A stretch of 64,000 nucleotides of DNA, taken from Amphiscolops sp. MND2022. Taxonomy: Eukaryota. Shown piece by piece: positions 48,399-60,170 of the stretch. The notes beneath the pieces are model-generated. The model made no database searches. It saw only the letters and a program-made list of their open reading frames with translations, and was not told the DNA's origin. A program made the position numbers and the translations under genes. Position 1 is the first letter of the stretch. The number at the start of each line of letters is the position of its first letter. The stretch lies in contig OZ076409.1 in the NCBI GenBank assembly GCA_964187785.1, positions 4,838,001 to 4,902,000 of the forward strand. The letters are read 5' to 3'.

Positions 48399-48499
48399 TT
48401 ATCTTTAAGATAACTTGTTATGGGTTTTATTTCATTTATTCAACATTCATTCAACCGGAGTGACTAGGTTTGAGTAAGCCAACAGATAGAATGACTAGA

Positions 48500-51400
48500 T
48501 TACAGTTGGGAAGGTGTAATAAAAAGTCTATAATCTAATTTGGGTTGTTGTCGTAGTTTATAAGTGGTTTTTGTGGTTCTGTCAATTAGAGGAGGAAGTG
48601 AAGTTGTTTGGTTGTTAGAAGGGTGTCTCGATCTGTCACTAGGGACATTAGTGTGAGGGGTATTAATTATATGTTTATATAAGGAGTTGTCATTGGTTGA
48701 GGAAGGTAAAGACTTGTCATTGGATGTTATAGATGGTGTATTTTGATTGGATGTACTAAATGATTGTGGTGTCATAAATGTTTGAGAATCTTCTTCAGAC
48801 AAAGATTCATCAGAGTTAAACGGGGAAGAATCACTGTTTGCATATCTGGTAATTTGTGGAATTGGGTTTTGAGTTGTGTCTGAAAAGCGCATAAAATTAC
48901 GCAAATGTGGATATAAGAGTGGTTCTTTAGGGTAATATGGGATTAAATGATTTCTATGAACGTGTACTGTAGAGCCATCTTGTGCAAGTAATGCATATGT
49001 GACGTCTGATAGTCTGTCAAGAATTTTATATGGTCCAATCCGAAGGGGTTTGAGTTTGTCAGAAAAATGAACATGTGTAAAATTGCGTTTTAAAACAAAG
49101 GTACCAATAGGAAGGGGTTTACTTTCGTAGTAAGTTTTTGTAATGTATGCGTGTGAATTAATTTTTCGTAGGGTGTTTTCGTAGACTGTGGAGTAAATTT
49201 GTAACATAGCAGTTTCTACAGCAAGAAACCATTGGGGAATGTTTTATAGAAAAATGGGCTTAAATCTGATTTATCATAGTGAGAGTGTTCAGGGAGTTGA
49301 GAGCAATAGCGTGAAATACATGTCTTGGAGGTATCTCGATTAAGGTTTAAATCAAATGTGAGGGGTATTCTGGGTCTAGTATGGAAAACAATTTCGTGAG
49401 GTGAAACATTGAGTTCTGAAAGTGGTTGTGAATTATGTGCATAAGCGTACATATGGACTTGAAATGCCCAATCTTTAGGTGTGTCATGTAGAAACATTCG
49501 AAGATGAGTACCAAGATTTCTGTTTTGTACTTCAACAAGGCCATTTGTCCAAGGAGAATAAGCTGTTCTAGGAGAATGACGAATTCCCATAAGTGTACAA
49601 AGATGTGCCATTTCTTTGTTAACATATTCTGATCCACGATCAGTGACAAGGTATATGGGTGGTCCAAATTTAATAATCCAATGGTGTAGGAGGGTTTTGA
49701 TAGCAGTCTTTGCGTTGTTTGATTTGATGGGTACTGTAACAACAAAGTGACTAAAAGCGTCAATTATTACATGTATATAGGATTTGTTATGAGAAGGAGG
49801 ATTAATAGGTCCTTTAGTGTCCATTGAGATTCTATAGTTGAAAGATGGAGCATGTTCTGAAAATGATTGTGTAGGAGCAGTTTGAATTTTCATATTGAAG
49901 TGCTTATTACGTTGACATTCAATACAGTCATGTATGAAAATAGAAAGCCATTTTTCAAGGAATGGAATATAGTAATATTGTTTGAATGTATTGTAGGTGA
50001 TTTTCATACCAGTGTGAGAATGTTCATGAAGTTTGTTAAAGACAGTTTTAAACAGTCGGAAAGGTAGGCATATGCGAATAGTATCTTGTACAAAATTTGG
50101 AGTAGAGGATTGGTTATTAACAGTGGGGTTTGTAATATACAGACTAATAGGATTAGTGGATTCATCAATGAAAAGTTGTGAAAATCTTTTGTAATATACA
50201 TGTAGAAATGAAGTACCAGTGATAAGAGGTGTTATAAATTCGGGTTTTTCATTGTTTAGTAACCAAGAGTAAACAGTTCTGAGAACCGGATCTTGAGATT
50301 GTTGTTGTTGGAGAGTTTTTATGTCTAATGAGTAATCATCGGGGAGGAAGAAACATTGAAAATAGTTTTTGTACTTAAAAAATGATGTATCATAAAAAGG
50401 TATAATTTGTTGACAGTGTGTGAGAGATGGTAAATTTGGTTGTACATTTATTGCAGAAATTGATTTCTGTGAGGTGTTGTAACTTGGTTGTTTAAGAGTA
50501 GAATAATTTTTTGTTTGTAATGTAGTATCTTGTGAGAAGGAAGAGTCAGATTTTGGAATTCTGGTGTAAATATGATCTTCGTCATCACTTGTAACGTCAG
50601 TATCATTAAGTAAGAGAGATTGTTGATGAAGGGTTTTGTTGTTCTTTTTTGTAGGTGTCTTAAATTTGGTTTGAAAAGGAGTTACAGATTTGAATGAGAA
50701 AGATTGTAAGGGTTTTACAATAATGTCATTTCCTTTATCATTGATACGAATAGAGAATTGATCTGTACCATAATCAGCAAGAATTGGATGAGAGTCATGT
50801 TTTTGATGGGGTAAAATTTCTTCATGTTTTATTAAGTAATGTACAGGTTTAAGAGTGTTATCTTGTAAAAGTGCAAAATCGATTTGTGGTGGGAGGTGTT
50901 TATGTTTTAATTGGTTAAGTTGTAATTCAGCTTTTGTGAATGAGCGACTCAACATATCGGCAAGAGATAGATTTTTTCCAGGGGTGTGAATTATTTTGAG
51001 TTTTGAAAATTTTGTCAATTGCATTTGAGCTCTATAGAAACGAGGGCTGAGATTACCTTTCTTTGTAAAACATTGTAATAAAGGTTTGTGATCAGTGAAA
51101 ATGTGTATTGGATGTGGAGAACCTATGATAAGAAATTCATAGATTTGAAGTGCGTGTACTATACCAAGGAGTTCTCTATCAAGTGTGGAGAGTTTTTGTT
51201 CTTGTGGGCTAAGTATACGAGAGTTGTACGATATGACTTTCATTTTGTTTTGTTCATTTAACTGGAATAAGACAGCGCCTAATCCAATAAGGGAAGCGTC
51301 AACTGTAATGAAAAATGGATGTTTTGTGTTCGGTATTGTTAATTCTGTTTCAGAAGTGAGAGACATTTTAAATTTTTGGAATAGACTTTCGTGTTCGTCT

Positions 51401-54400
51401 GTCCATTTCCAAGGAGTGTTTTCATGTAAAAGATCGGAAAACGGTTTGAGGTTAATATGTAGTTTTTCAATAAATTTAGTGTAAAAATTGAGTGCGCCAA
51501 TGAAACTCATTAGGGCAACTTTGCCAGTTGGAGAAGGGATCTTATGAATAGCTGCAATTTTTGAATGAATTGGTTTAATTGTATTGTAACCAATTTCATG
51601 TCCAAGGAATTTGACTTTAAGGAGCATGAAAAAGGATTTTTCAGGGGCTAGTTTAAGATTATTTTTTGTACTGATAATGTGTAATTGTTCTATGAGTTGA
51701 AACATGTGTTCTTTAGAGTCGGATAAAAGTAATATATCGTCAATGTAGACAAGAGCGAAACCTTGTTCTATAAGAGTTTTAAAGAAAGTAGACATTTGTT
51801 TTGTAAAGAAATTTGGTAGTCCTTTGGGACCATAAAAGCCTCGTATGAAAGCGAAAAGTTTGTCTCCTGAAGAGAAGCTAGTAAGTTTTATAGTATCTTC
51901 GTCAAGAGGTGTATGTGCAGAGGCATACATAAGGTCAATAGCAGATTTGTACTTTTTGTTTGCGCGTGCTAGTTGTGGAGCAAGAGGTTCAATAGGCCAA
52001 GATTCATCAGATTGGTCTGTATTGGAATTAAGATGTCGAGCGTCTAATACACATTTTATTGTATCTCCCTTGGGGATTATAATAAGAGGATTTAAATAAG
52101 TTGTGCCATAAACGGGTTTGTCTTGAGGAGAAGAACCAATTTGTTTAATAATGTTATATTTTTCGAGTTCTTTGAGAAGTGCATTTAATTTGTCTCGATA
52201 ATGAATAGGGACTTTGGAAGGACGTTGTGTCATAAGTTGAGCATTTGGTTTAAGTCGGATACGAAAGGGTGTTGAAATTTTTCCAACATCGTTTTTATGG
52301 GTTGCATAACATGTTTTATATTTGAGTAGCATATTGCAAAGAGTAATGTATTCTGAATCTGTAAGGTCAGAAAATTGGAAGTTAAATTTGTTAATAAATT
52401 TCAGATTTTCAGAAGTATATGGAAGAGAAGGGAAAATGCGTTTTTCTGAGGTATGAGAAGTAGGTTGAACGTTATATAGGGGAGAAGTTTGGTTTGGAAT
52501 GTTGTCATTTGTCATATAAATTTGATGTAAAGAGAATTGTGGAGGAGGGGTTGTAGGATCATCATATTGTACAATATAATTGGTCTGTGGAAGTGGTTCG
52601 GTAATATCAGGATGATAAGTATGAGTAACATTATGTATTAAAGTATTAATGTCGTTAACTTGGAAGAATTTAGGTTTTTCATTAGTAATTGGAACTTCGA
52701 TGTAGCCAATATGTCCTGTAGGTAGCGTTGCAATATGTTTTGAAGTGTTTTGAATAATAGTTGCACATATGTCTGGCTTGTCGTCTGTAAAAACTTCAAT
52801 AAAATTGAAAGTTGTACGGAATTTGGTAGCAAAATAGGTATGAGGTACTGAAGGAAAGAAGTGGTTTTGTGGTGTAGTTGTAAAATGAAGATTATGATAA
52901 TTTTTGATCGGAAAGTGTGCAATTTTGGAAGATTTGGGTTTTAAACGTATTTGAGTTTTTGAGTTAATTCTATAAATGTAAGAGAAGTATGGATAATCTT
53001 TAGATAGAAGTGTTGTAAATTTTGCATAATTTGGGTGTGTTTTTGATTGGTATTTAAATTCGAGTGTAAAGTCTTGTATGTTTATGTTTTGTATATTGTC
53101 TTCGAAGAATGGTGTACCAAGGATATTGTATTTAATATCAGCTACTGCGAAGGGTACTGAAAAGTATCGAGAGTTTTCGTCAATAGTGGTGTTCAGAATG
53201 ATATTTGCATAATGTAAAATAGGAACTTCAGTTTGGTTTGCAACAGTTAGTGTTTTGGAATTTCTAGTTGGTCCAACATCAGAGGTGTGATTTGGTCTGA
53301 TATCAAGAAGTTTTGTAAGAGTTATGTATGTTGGATAATTGAGTACAGAAATGGAAGCACCGCTATCTAGGAGGAATGCAATTTCTAATCTAGATGGGTT
53401 GTCTCTTTGTACTACACTTGATGGGGTGTGTACATATAGAGTATAAAACCAACTTGTAGGCGAGACAGCATTTGCCATTGCTGTTGGGTGATACATGTGT
53501 ACTTCAAATTTGATAGGATCAGTTTGTTCCTGTTGTTGTATTATATTGATTTTATTTCTGGAATTTGAATGTGATCGGGATCTGGAAAATCGAGAGTTTC
53601 TTGGTCTAGAAGGTGGTCTATATGAATTTGTGTATTTGTTATATTTGTCATCTCTTGAATAGGAGCGTGATCTGTATCTAGGACGAGAATTTTGTCTATA
53701 TGGAGATCTATAAGAAGATCTGTAAGGAGAACGGTAAGATCGAGAATCACGTTTATATGTGTCATATCTTGATCTGGAGTAATGTGGAGGAGTAGTACTT
53801 TTGTCATAACGAAATCGGTCTCTATCTCGAGATGTAGAACGGTATCGATCTTGTGAATAATTTTGGTTATAAGAGTTGTCTCGTGAAGTACTTCGACTTC
53901 GATATCGATTATCATAGTGTTTTGTTTTGTCATTTGAAGGGGAACGAAAGTACTGAACGAATGATTTTTGTGGAGATTTTGATCGAGCATATGCTTCTCG
54001 TTTATCTTGATGATCTCGTTGTTTTTTGAAACAAGCAGAAATGGAATTATTTGTTCTATGACAGTATGAGCAATATTTTTTATATGCAGGTTTATTTTTG
54101 TTATTCGGGTCTTTGGGTTGTGTATACATAAGTTGTTCTTGAGATGGGTGATCTAGGGTTTGAGTGTTCAATTGTTTTGTAATATTGTTGATTTCAAGTG
54201 CAAGATCATGTGTTCTAATTTTGTCGTTTGCAATATCTTCAGCGTCAACAAGTTTTACCAAAGTATGAAAAGGAATCGAAGGTTCTAAAACAGTAGAGGT
54301 GTGTTTTACTTGTCTTTTGTTTGCAAAGTCTTTAAGGGTTTTTGGAAGTCCTTTTGTAAAGATTTCATTGCATTTAAGGTTGATAGTAGATGCATTCTCA

Positions 54401-56929
54401 TTACACCAGCCTTTTTCAACCAGTTGTTGAACTTTGAGTGCAAAATGACGTACTGTTTCATTATCTTTCTTTGTTAAGTTAAGGGCTTCAACTTGAGCAT
54501 ATTAAGCGTTCTTTTGTGAGGAAAATTGTTTTTTGAAAGCTTGTACAAAAGCGTGCCAATCATGTTTATAAGTGTCGTTTAAACGGATGTACCAGCTTAG
54601 TGCTGTACCTGTTAAAGAGCATTGTATGAAAGCCATGCGGCGAGCGTGCCAAAATTTATATTCATGTTCTGATGTAGGTTGTAAACCTAAAGAGAATGTA
54701 ACACGTGCCTCAATATGTTGTAAATATTCTTCAGGTGTATAATTGTGATCGAGTCCATCAAAAGGTTTAATGGGTTCTGATATAGAAGTAGAAGAGTTAA
54801 TATATGTTGGATGTGACATAGTGTTACGAGACATAGTAGATGGAGGTGTTGTACTATACGTAGGATGGTTTGAAATATTAGTTGAAGGTATAGTTGAAGT
54901 ATTATGAAAGTGAGGGTTAGTTCTAATTGTTGTTGAAGGAGGATTTGATATTTGAAAGTGAGAGGTTTGTAATGTAGGAGGGATTGTATTGGATGTATGC
55001 TGGGAAGAAAGAGTGTTTAATTGATTGTGTGTGTTATAATTTATTTGAGATTGTGGGGCATGACTTGGATTGGTACTGGTAAGATTGTATGATAATGGGT
55101 CAGTTAATATAGGTTGTAATGGAGGTCGAGACAGATGTCTGGCTGTAGTATAGTTAGAGAGCGGGTTAGAATGAATTGTGTTAATATTTAAAGTAGGCTG
55201 TGTAGTGTGTACTGGGTTAGTTTGAGCTGGAGTATAAGTTGAAGTTTGCATTTCAGAAGATGAAGGTGGAGTTGGTGTTTGGAAATGTACTGTATTATTG
55301 TTCTGTGTAATAGAGTGTGTATTTGATGAGCTTGGTTGAGGAGAGACATGAGTATTTATTGGAGCTGAGAATTGAGAAGGAATAGGAGGTGGATCATAAT
55401 TTCGAGGAGGTAGTATTTGTGTCTGAGAGGGTTGTGTAATATTAGTATTATATGGAGATAAAACAGAAGTATTGTCTGTGATGACATTTGAAGGGTTGTC
55501 TTGATTCTGATTTGTAGTCCTTTGGGTGATATTATGGGTAGGAATTGTTATAAGATTGGAGTCCTCAGTTATTGTAAAACTTTGTGGATTTTGTACTGTT
55601 TCGTCAGAAAGTTCTGATGTATTGGGAAGTGTATGTGTTTCAGACGGATTTGGTTGTCGCGTATCAGAGATTTGTGATTGTGGTGGCTGTGGTGATTGTT
55701 CTTGAGGAGAATCAGGATTTTGAAAAAGATGAACAAGTGTTTCTTGTGTTATAGATTCTTGTTCTGATTGTTCTGATTGTTGTCTTATATATGGAGGTTC
55801 AACATTAAAGGTTTGTGTTTGAAGAGTTGTTTGATGTAAAGTATCAGATGTAATATAAGGTCTACTATCTGACGTTTCAGAATGTTCAAGTACAAAGTTG
55901 TGATCTAGGTTTATTTGTTCAAAATGTGTAACATTTAATGAAGTAAGATCTATGTAATGTAAGTGTTTGTTTTTATTGTCTATGATGTATGGTAAGAGTT
56001 CTATATCTGTTAATGCTTTTGGGAAGTTAGTATAAGCGTTTTGGTCTTTTTGTTCCCAGAGTAATTGGTAGTTAAATCTAAAGAATTTTAATAAGAAATG
56101 TGTAAAAATTTTGACTTGAGGTATAGTGTCATCTGTAAGGGTAATTTTTGTAAAGAATTTGAACTCGAAATTCTTTATTTGTAATATCTCGTTGTAGCCA
56201 ATAATGAGGGTTACTATGTCTTTGAACTTTTGTGTCAAGATCAGGGACCTCGAAATATTCAGATAAGTGTTTTATTTCTTGTAAATGAGAAGGACGATAA
56301 GGTGGTATGTCTTGGTGTTCATTGAATTCAATGAGTTTTTGCATATATGTGCGAAAAACATCTTGTATAGAAAGTGTAATATTCTGTGGATGTATAGTTC
56401 TATAAAATGTTCCAGAGTTTATTCCTTTAACAGGGTTAAAAATAGTTTGGAAAGGAGTTTGTGATGGTGTTATGTCAAGTGTTTTATATTGGATATAATA
56501 TAAGTAGGAATCACAATGTTCTCGTATTAATGGAATAGTGTGTAATATATGGGGTTCTGTTTCAAATGGAAGTGGGTTAGTGTACTGAAAGATAATATTT
56601 TGTAAAAAAGGTGTTACATATTGTATAAGAGATCGATTTTGTCTTTTATCAGTAGAGACTGTAAATGGAGTGGGGAGCATTATATGATATTAAGTTTGAC
56701 TAGTACAATAGGATTGCCATAAAGGATAGATGTATCGGAAAAGAAGATATTTTGTATTGAATTGTGAATTATATGGTAAAATTTGATCTATGAAAATAAC
56801 TTGTAGGAAAATAGTAAGTACAATACTTATGAAAAGAAGAAGTGAGTTTTGTATATATTGGATAAGTATTTTGAAAGTGTGGTATATACTAAGTAGTCCA
56901 AAAAGAGGTAGTACTATACTTGTTAACAT
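48500..56929 (-). pseudogene. Gag-Pol polyprotein (hydrophobic N-terminus, capsid, Zn knuckle, RS region, protease, RT, RNase H, integrase with GPY module) broken by 2 stops and 2 frameshifts
   Basis: ORFs 56690-56929 and 56129-56680 share a frame across a TAA; frameshift near 56185; 54502-56238 and 49216-54261 share a frame across a TAA; frameshift near 49240. Motifs PFDG..LTGTALSWY, CSYCHRTNNSISAC, LLDSGAS, YIDD, VDAS/TDHKPL/ADMLSR, HEHSH..CIEC, MDTKGP/TDRGSEY/GLVE, GPYKI. Confidence 0.92.
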
Positions 56930-56948
56930 AGAAGGAAAAAGTTGTACT

Positions 56949-57071
56949 TTAAAATTTTGGTATAAATGAAATTAAAAATTTGTCTAGAAAAAGTGCAAGA
57001 CCGGCAACGATAGCAACAAAGAACCAAAAGCAGACAATGAGTTTGACTACAATGTCTACTGAAGGCGGCAT
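56949..57071 (-). CDS. 40-aa hydrophobic upstream ORF in the retroelement leader
   Basis: MPPSVDIVVKLIVCFWFFVAIVAGLALFLDKFLISFIPKF*; single transmembrane-like stretch; below the ORF-track cut-off. Confidence 0.4.
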   Translation of the reverse strand: MPPSVDIVVKLIVCFWFFVAIVAGLALFLDKFLISFIPKF

Positions 57072-57749
57072 GTACAATAAAGTTCTATAAGAGTGTGTCA
57101 AAGAAGTTGTACAAAAATTTGTTGTATGTAGGTGTATGAAAAATGAAAGTAATGTAAAGAGAGGTGTGATATATGTGTTATATATCTTAATTGTTATGTA
57201 TTTGGATCCGTAAGAGAGTTTTAAAGGAGTTTTGTATGTGGTTTGTAGTATAGAAGAGAGAATAAGAAAAGTATTATAATTATGTTATGTAAAAAGATGT
57301 GTTATATAGGTGTGCCAACTTTAAAGTTGATCCAAGCGGCTAGAACCAAAGAGATTTTTACTAGCAGGAATCGCTGGATAGCACTGTAGAAGGGCCAACA
57401 CGTATCGCACGTCTGCGGTTGGAACGAAAGAAAGATAGAAGAAAAAAGCCAACACGAATTCACGCAGAGGTGGTTGGAACGAAAAATTTAATTGACAGGA
57501 ATTACGTGAAGAAACGTAGTCAGAACCAAGAAGTATGACTGACAGGAATTACGTTGATGAACGCAGTCAGAACCATAGCAACACGGATCAATTTCAAGTA
57601 GAAATTGGTTGCAACGTTGAAGTTAATAACGGTATGCAATATTGAGAGGTGGAGAGACTGTGTGTCGAACAAAGAGATATCGAATGAGAAAGTTGAGGAA
57701 AGGTGTACAACAATTGTAGATGTGTGAAATAAATGGGAGAGAAAGAAGA

Positions 57750-57767
57750 ATTTTCGTGGTCGCACCA
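57750..57767 (-). promoter_or_regulatory. Putative primer-binding site
   Basis: TGGTGCGACCACGAAAAT begins 2 nt inside the 5' LTR boundary; cognate tRNA not assigned. Confidence 0.7.
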
Positions 57768-57769
57768 AT

Positions 57770-58181
57770 TGAGCTGTTAAAAAGTTTGGTGGTTGTTTCT
57801 TTTATACGAGTTAGAACTGACATAAGAAGTCTAAGATTTTAACAGCAGAGTCGTCTTATCTTTTATCTTATAGCTAGCTAGTTCAGAGTACAATCTATTT
57901 CTGAGATCTCAGTTCTTGAAGTGCTGGAAGAAGACTGATTGCTAGGAAGAATTCTCAATTTCTCCGAGTAGATATATTCTATTAACTAGGGTAGGTTACA
58001 TCAATTAATAATGTGACAGCAACAGGATGAAGCAGGGAAGTTTGATACAGGATCTATTAAATGAAGTTTCTTCTAGAATAATTAGTTTCTAGATTCAATT
58101 AGATTTACTAATTTCTTCTGTTAAGAGTTCAGAGTATTTCAGATTTATAAAATCTTTGAGGGCATGCATCATGGCATCACA
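57770..58181 (-). repeat. 5' LTR
   Basis: 412 bp; differs from 40045-40456 at 2 positions. Confidence 0.97.
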
Positions 58182-60036
58182 GATGGGGACAAGACTTCCT
58201 GCTCAAGAATTTTGGGCGATGACTGAGAATTGGTCAGCAAAAATACTTGTTGAAGGACCCCAAAAATGCAATATATTGTTTCCCAGAAGCTCCGGAAAAA
58301 AAATCCTTCAAAATCTGTACAGAAACTCCTTGAACATCTGTAAAGATCCTTGCAGATCTGCAGTTGTCCTTACGTAGCAGTGGCACGATCTTTACAGATC
58401 CTCGAGGAAAACTGGCTCACAGATCTTTACAGATTCTCAAGGAAAGCTCAACATGGGGTGACGTCAAATTTTTGTTCATTGTTTTTTGTGCAAAAAAAGT
58501 TATGAGAAAAAATGTTTGATTTTTTTCCCATTCTCAGCTCATATTTTTCAAAACTGAAAAAAGATACGGAAATCATTCTCCCTCTCACATCACAGCAAGG
58601 ATGTAGGCTAGTTTTTGTAGCATTAAAGTTTCCGTCATGAAGTATGACGCCTTCGTGTTTCTGCCAAAACACTTTTCATTTTTCTAAAATTTTGTCTCAA
58701 TTTTTTTTGCTTTCGTCAAAAATTCCTCATCTAAGACTACATAAACTCAAATTTTTTTGAGCCCTGTTATATACACAAATTTTAGTATTTTCGAAACTGA
58801 ATTTACATTGAAACTTTCAATACAAAAAGTAGCTTTCTCAAATTTTCAACTTAACCAAATATATGACCAAAAGTTTCAACATTCCGTCTAAACTAGCAGT
58901 GGAAGTCTTTTTCCTCTACAATTTGACTTTTACACCATTGTACGCAGCATCCGCTCATCAATTGGGTCCGTTTCTAACTGTCAACTATTTTTTGATTTAA
59001 CAGGTTCATTGTTTTGACACCACAGGTTTTTGATCTTTGCGAATCTGTGCAGATCTGCAAGATTTTTGCCGAACTTTGCAGATATGTGCAGATTCGAAAA
59101 AAATGACCAACTCAGAATTTCAATAAAAACCCCGCTGCGATGTCAAACGAATAATGAAAATGTTTAACACTGGAGAGAAGTCTCATTTATGCCAAAATGA
59201 TAAAGCATTTTTCTGCAGCAATCTGTACAGACCTTTAGAGATTTGCAGATCTTTACAGAGACAAACAATGACCAATAAAAAACTGTAACGTATTCCGAGT
59301 TACCAGCAATTGCTAAAAATACTCCAACAAACCTTGTTACCAAAATATTACAACAACAACACTTTATCAACACATACCAACTCAGAAGGTTGCCACATGT
59401 CAAACTTTATTCGTCAAAAGTCAATATGGCAAACAAGCCTCTCAAGATCAACAACGACTTCTGTAAAGATTCTGCAGATCTGTATGGTTCTTCAAGATTC
59501 AGTGCAACGATCTTTGCAGCACCCTGCAAAAAAATCCTGCAGGTCTACACAGATTTGCAAAGATCGAAAACCTGGGACCGCTAAATAGCAATTTTGGAAA
59601 TTAGCGAGCGCGCAGAATGTTTCAAGCAATTCTATTAGCAAGTGAAATTAGTGGCAGTTAAAAGACCGTCAGAATTCAAAATGTCCTCGAAGGTTGCACA
59701 GAATTTCAAAATTCCAACTCCTATTCTTGAATTAAGGTATTTTAAAACATACTTGAAGTTAAACATTTAATAGTTGAAGAAAAGGTTTTTCAGCGAAATA
59801 TCGATTATGAAATTAGCAGTTTAGCCATTGGCGAAAAAAATAGCGATGTCAAAAGCTGAACAGGTTACAGTTTTTCAATCGATTAGGAGGTAATTAACCT
59901 GTTAAGGCTCTAGTTGGCTATCATTCGAGTGCTGTATAAGATTATTCTGGGATCATTATTGGTCATTTGTCGATTGTAGTGCCTTTAGTTTGAAAGTGAA
60001 ACTTTGAGAAGCGAGTTTCAGATTTGTTGTATCTTC

Positions 60037-60170
60037 TATTGTAATAAAGAAAAGAAAGTTTTCAAGATTATCGTTTTGTTGAAACAACGTTTAGTACAAC
60101 TAATTAGTTGTACTAAACGTTGTTTTAACAAAACGATAATCTTGAAAACTTTCTTTTCAATATTACAATA
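60037..60170. repeat. 134-bp near-perfect loopless palindrome
   Basis: Symmetric about actaa|ttagt-like centre taa|tta (60103/60104), about 3 mismatched pairs. Confidence 0.9.

Larger units (their letters stand above)
40045..58181 (-). mobile_element. Giant env-carrying Ty3/Gypsy-type LTR retroelement, 18,137 bp
   Basis: Two 412-bp direct LTRs with TG...CA ends, 4-bp TSD GATG (40041-40044 and 58182-58185), PBS-like TGG after the 5' LTR, domain order PR-RT-RNaseH-IN, downstream env-like ORF. Confidence 0.97.
39534..58457. mobile_element. Non-autonomous DNA transposon (about 780 bp when empty) split by the LTR element
   Basis: TIR CCCATGTTGAGC (39534) / GCTCAACATGGG (58446-58457), 2-bp flanking duplication GT, subterminal acagatct repeats; related copies near 12560-12890 and 59030-59580. 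Confidence 0.8.

Noticed and set aside
49347..53990. Alternative-frame and antisense ORFs overlapping pol
   Set aside because: Short, motif-free shadows of the main frame and its biased composition.
54499..54504. Programmed gag-pol readthrough stop
   Set aside because: The TAA lies in the middle of the capsid domain (NA*YAQ, likely a mutated Tyr codon), not at the Gag/protease junction.
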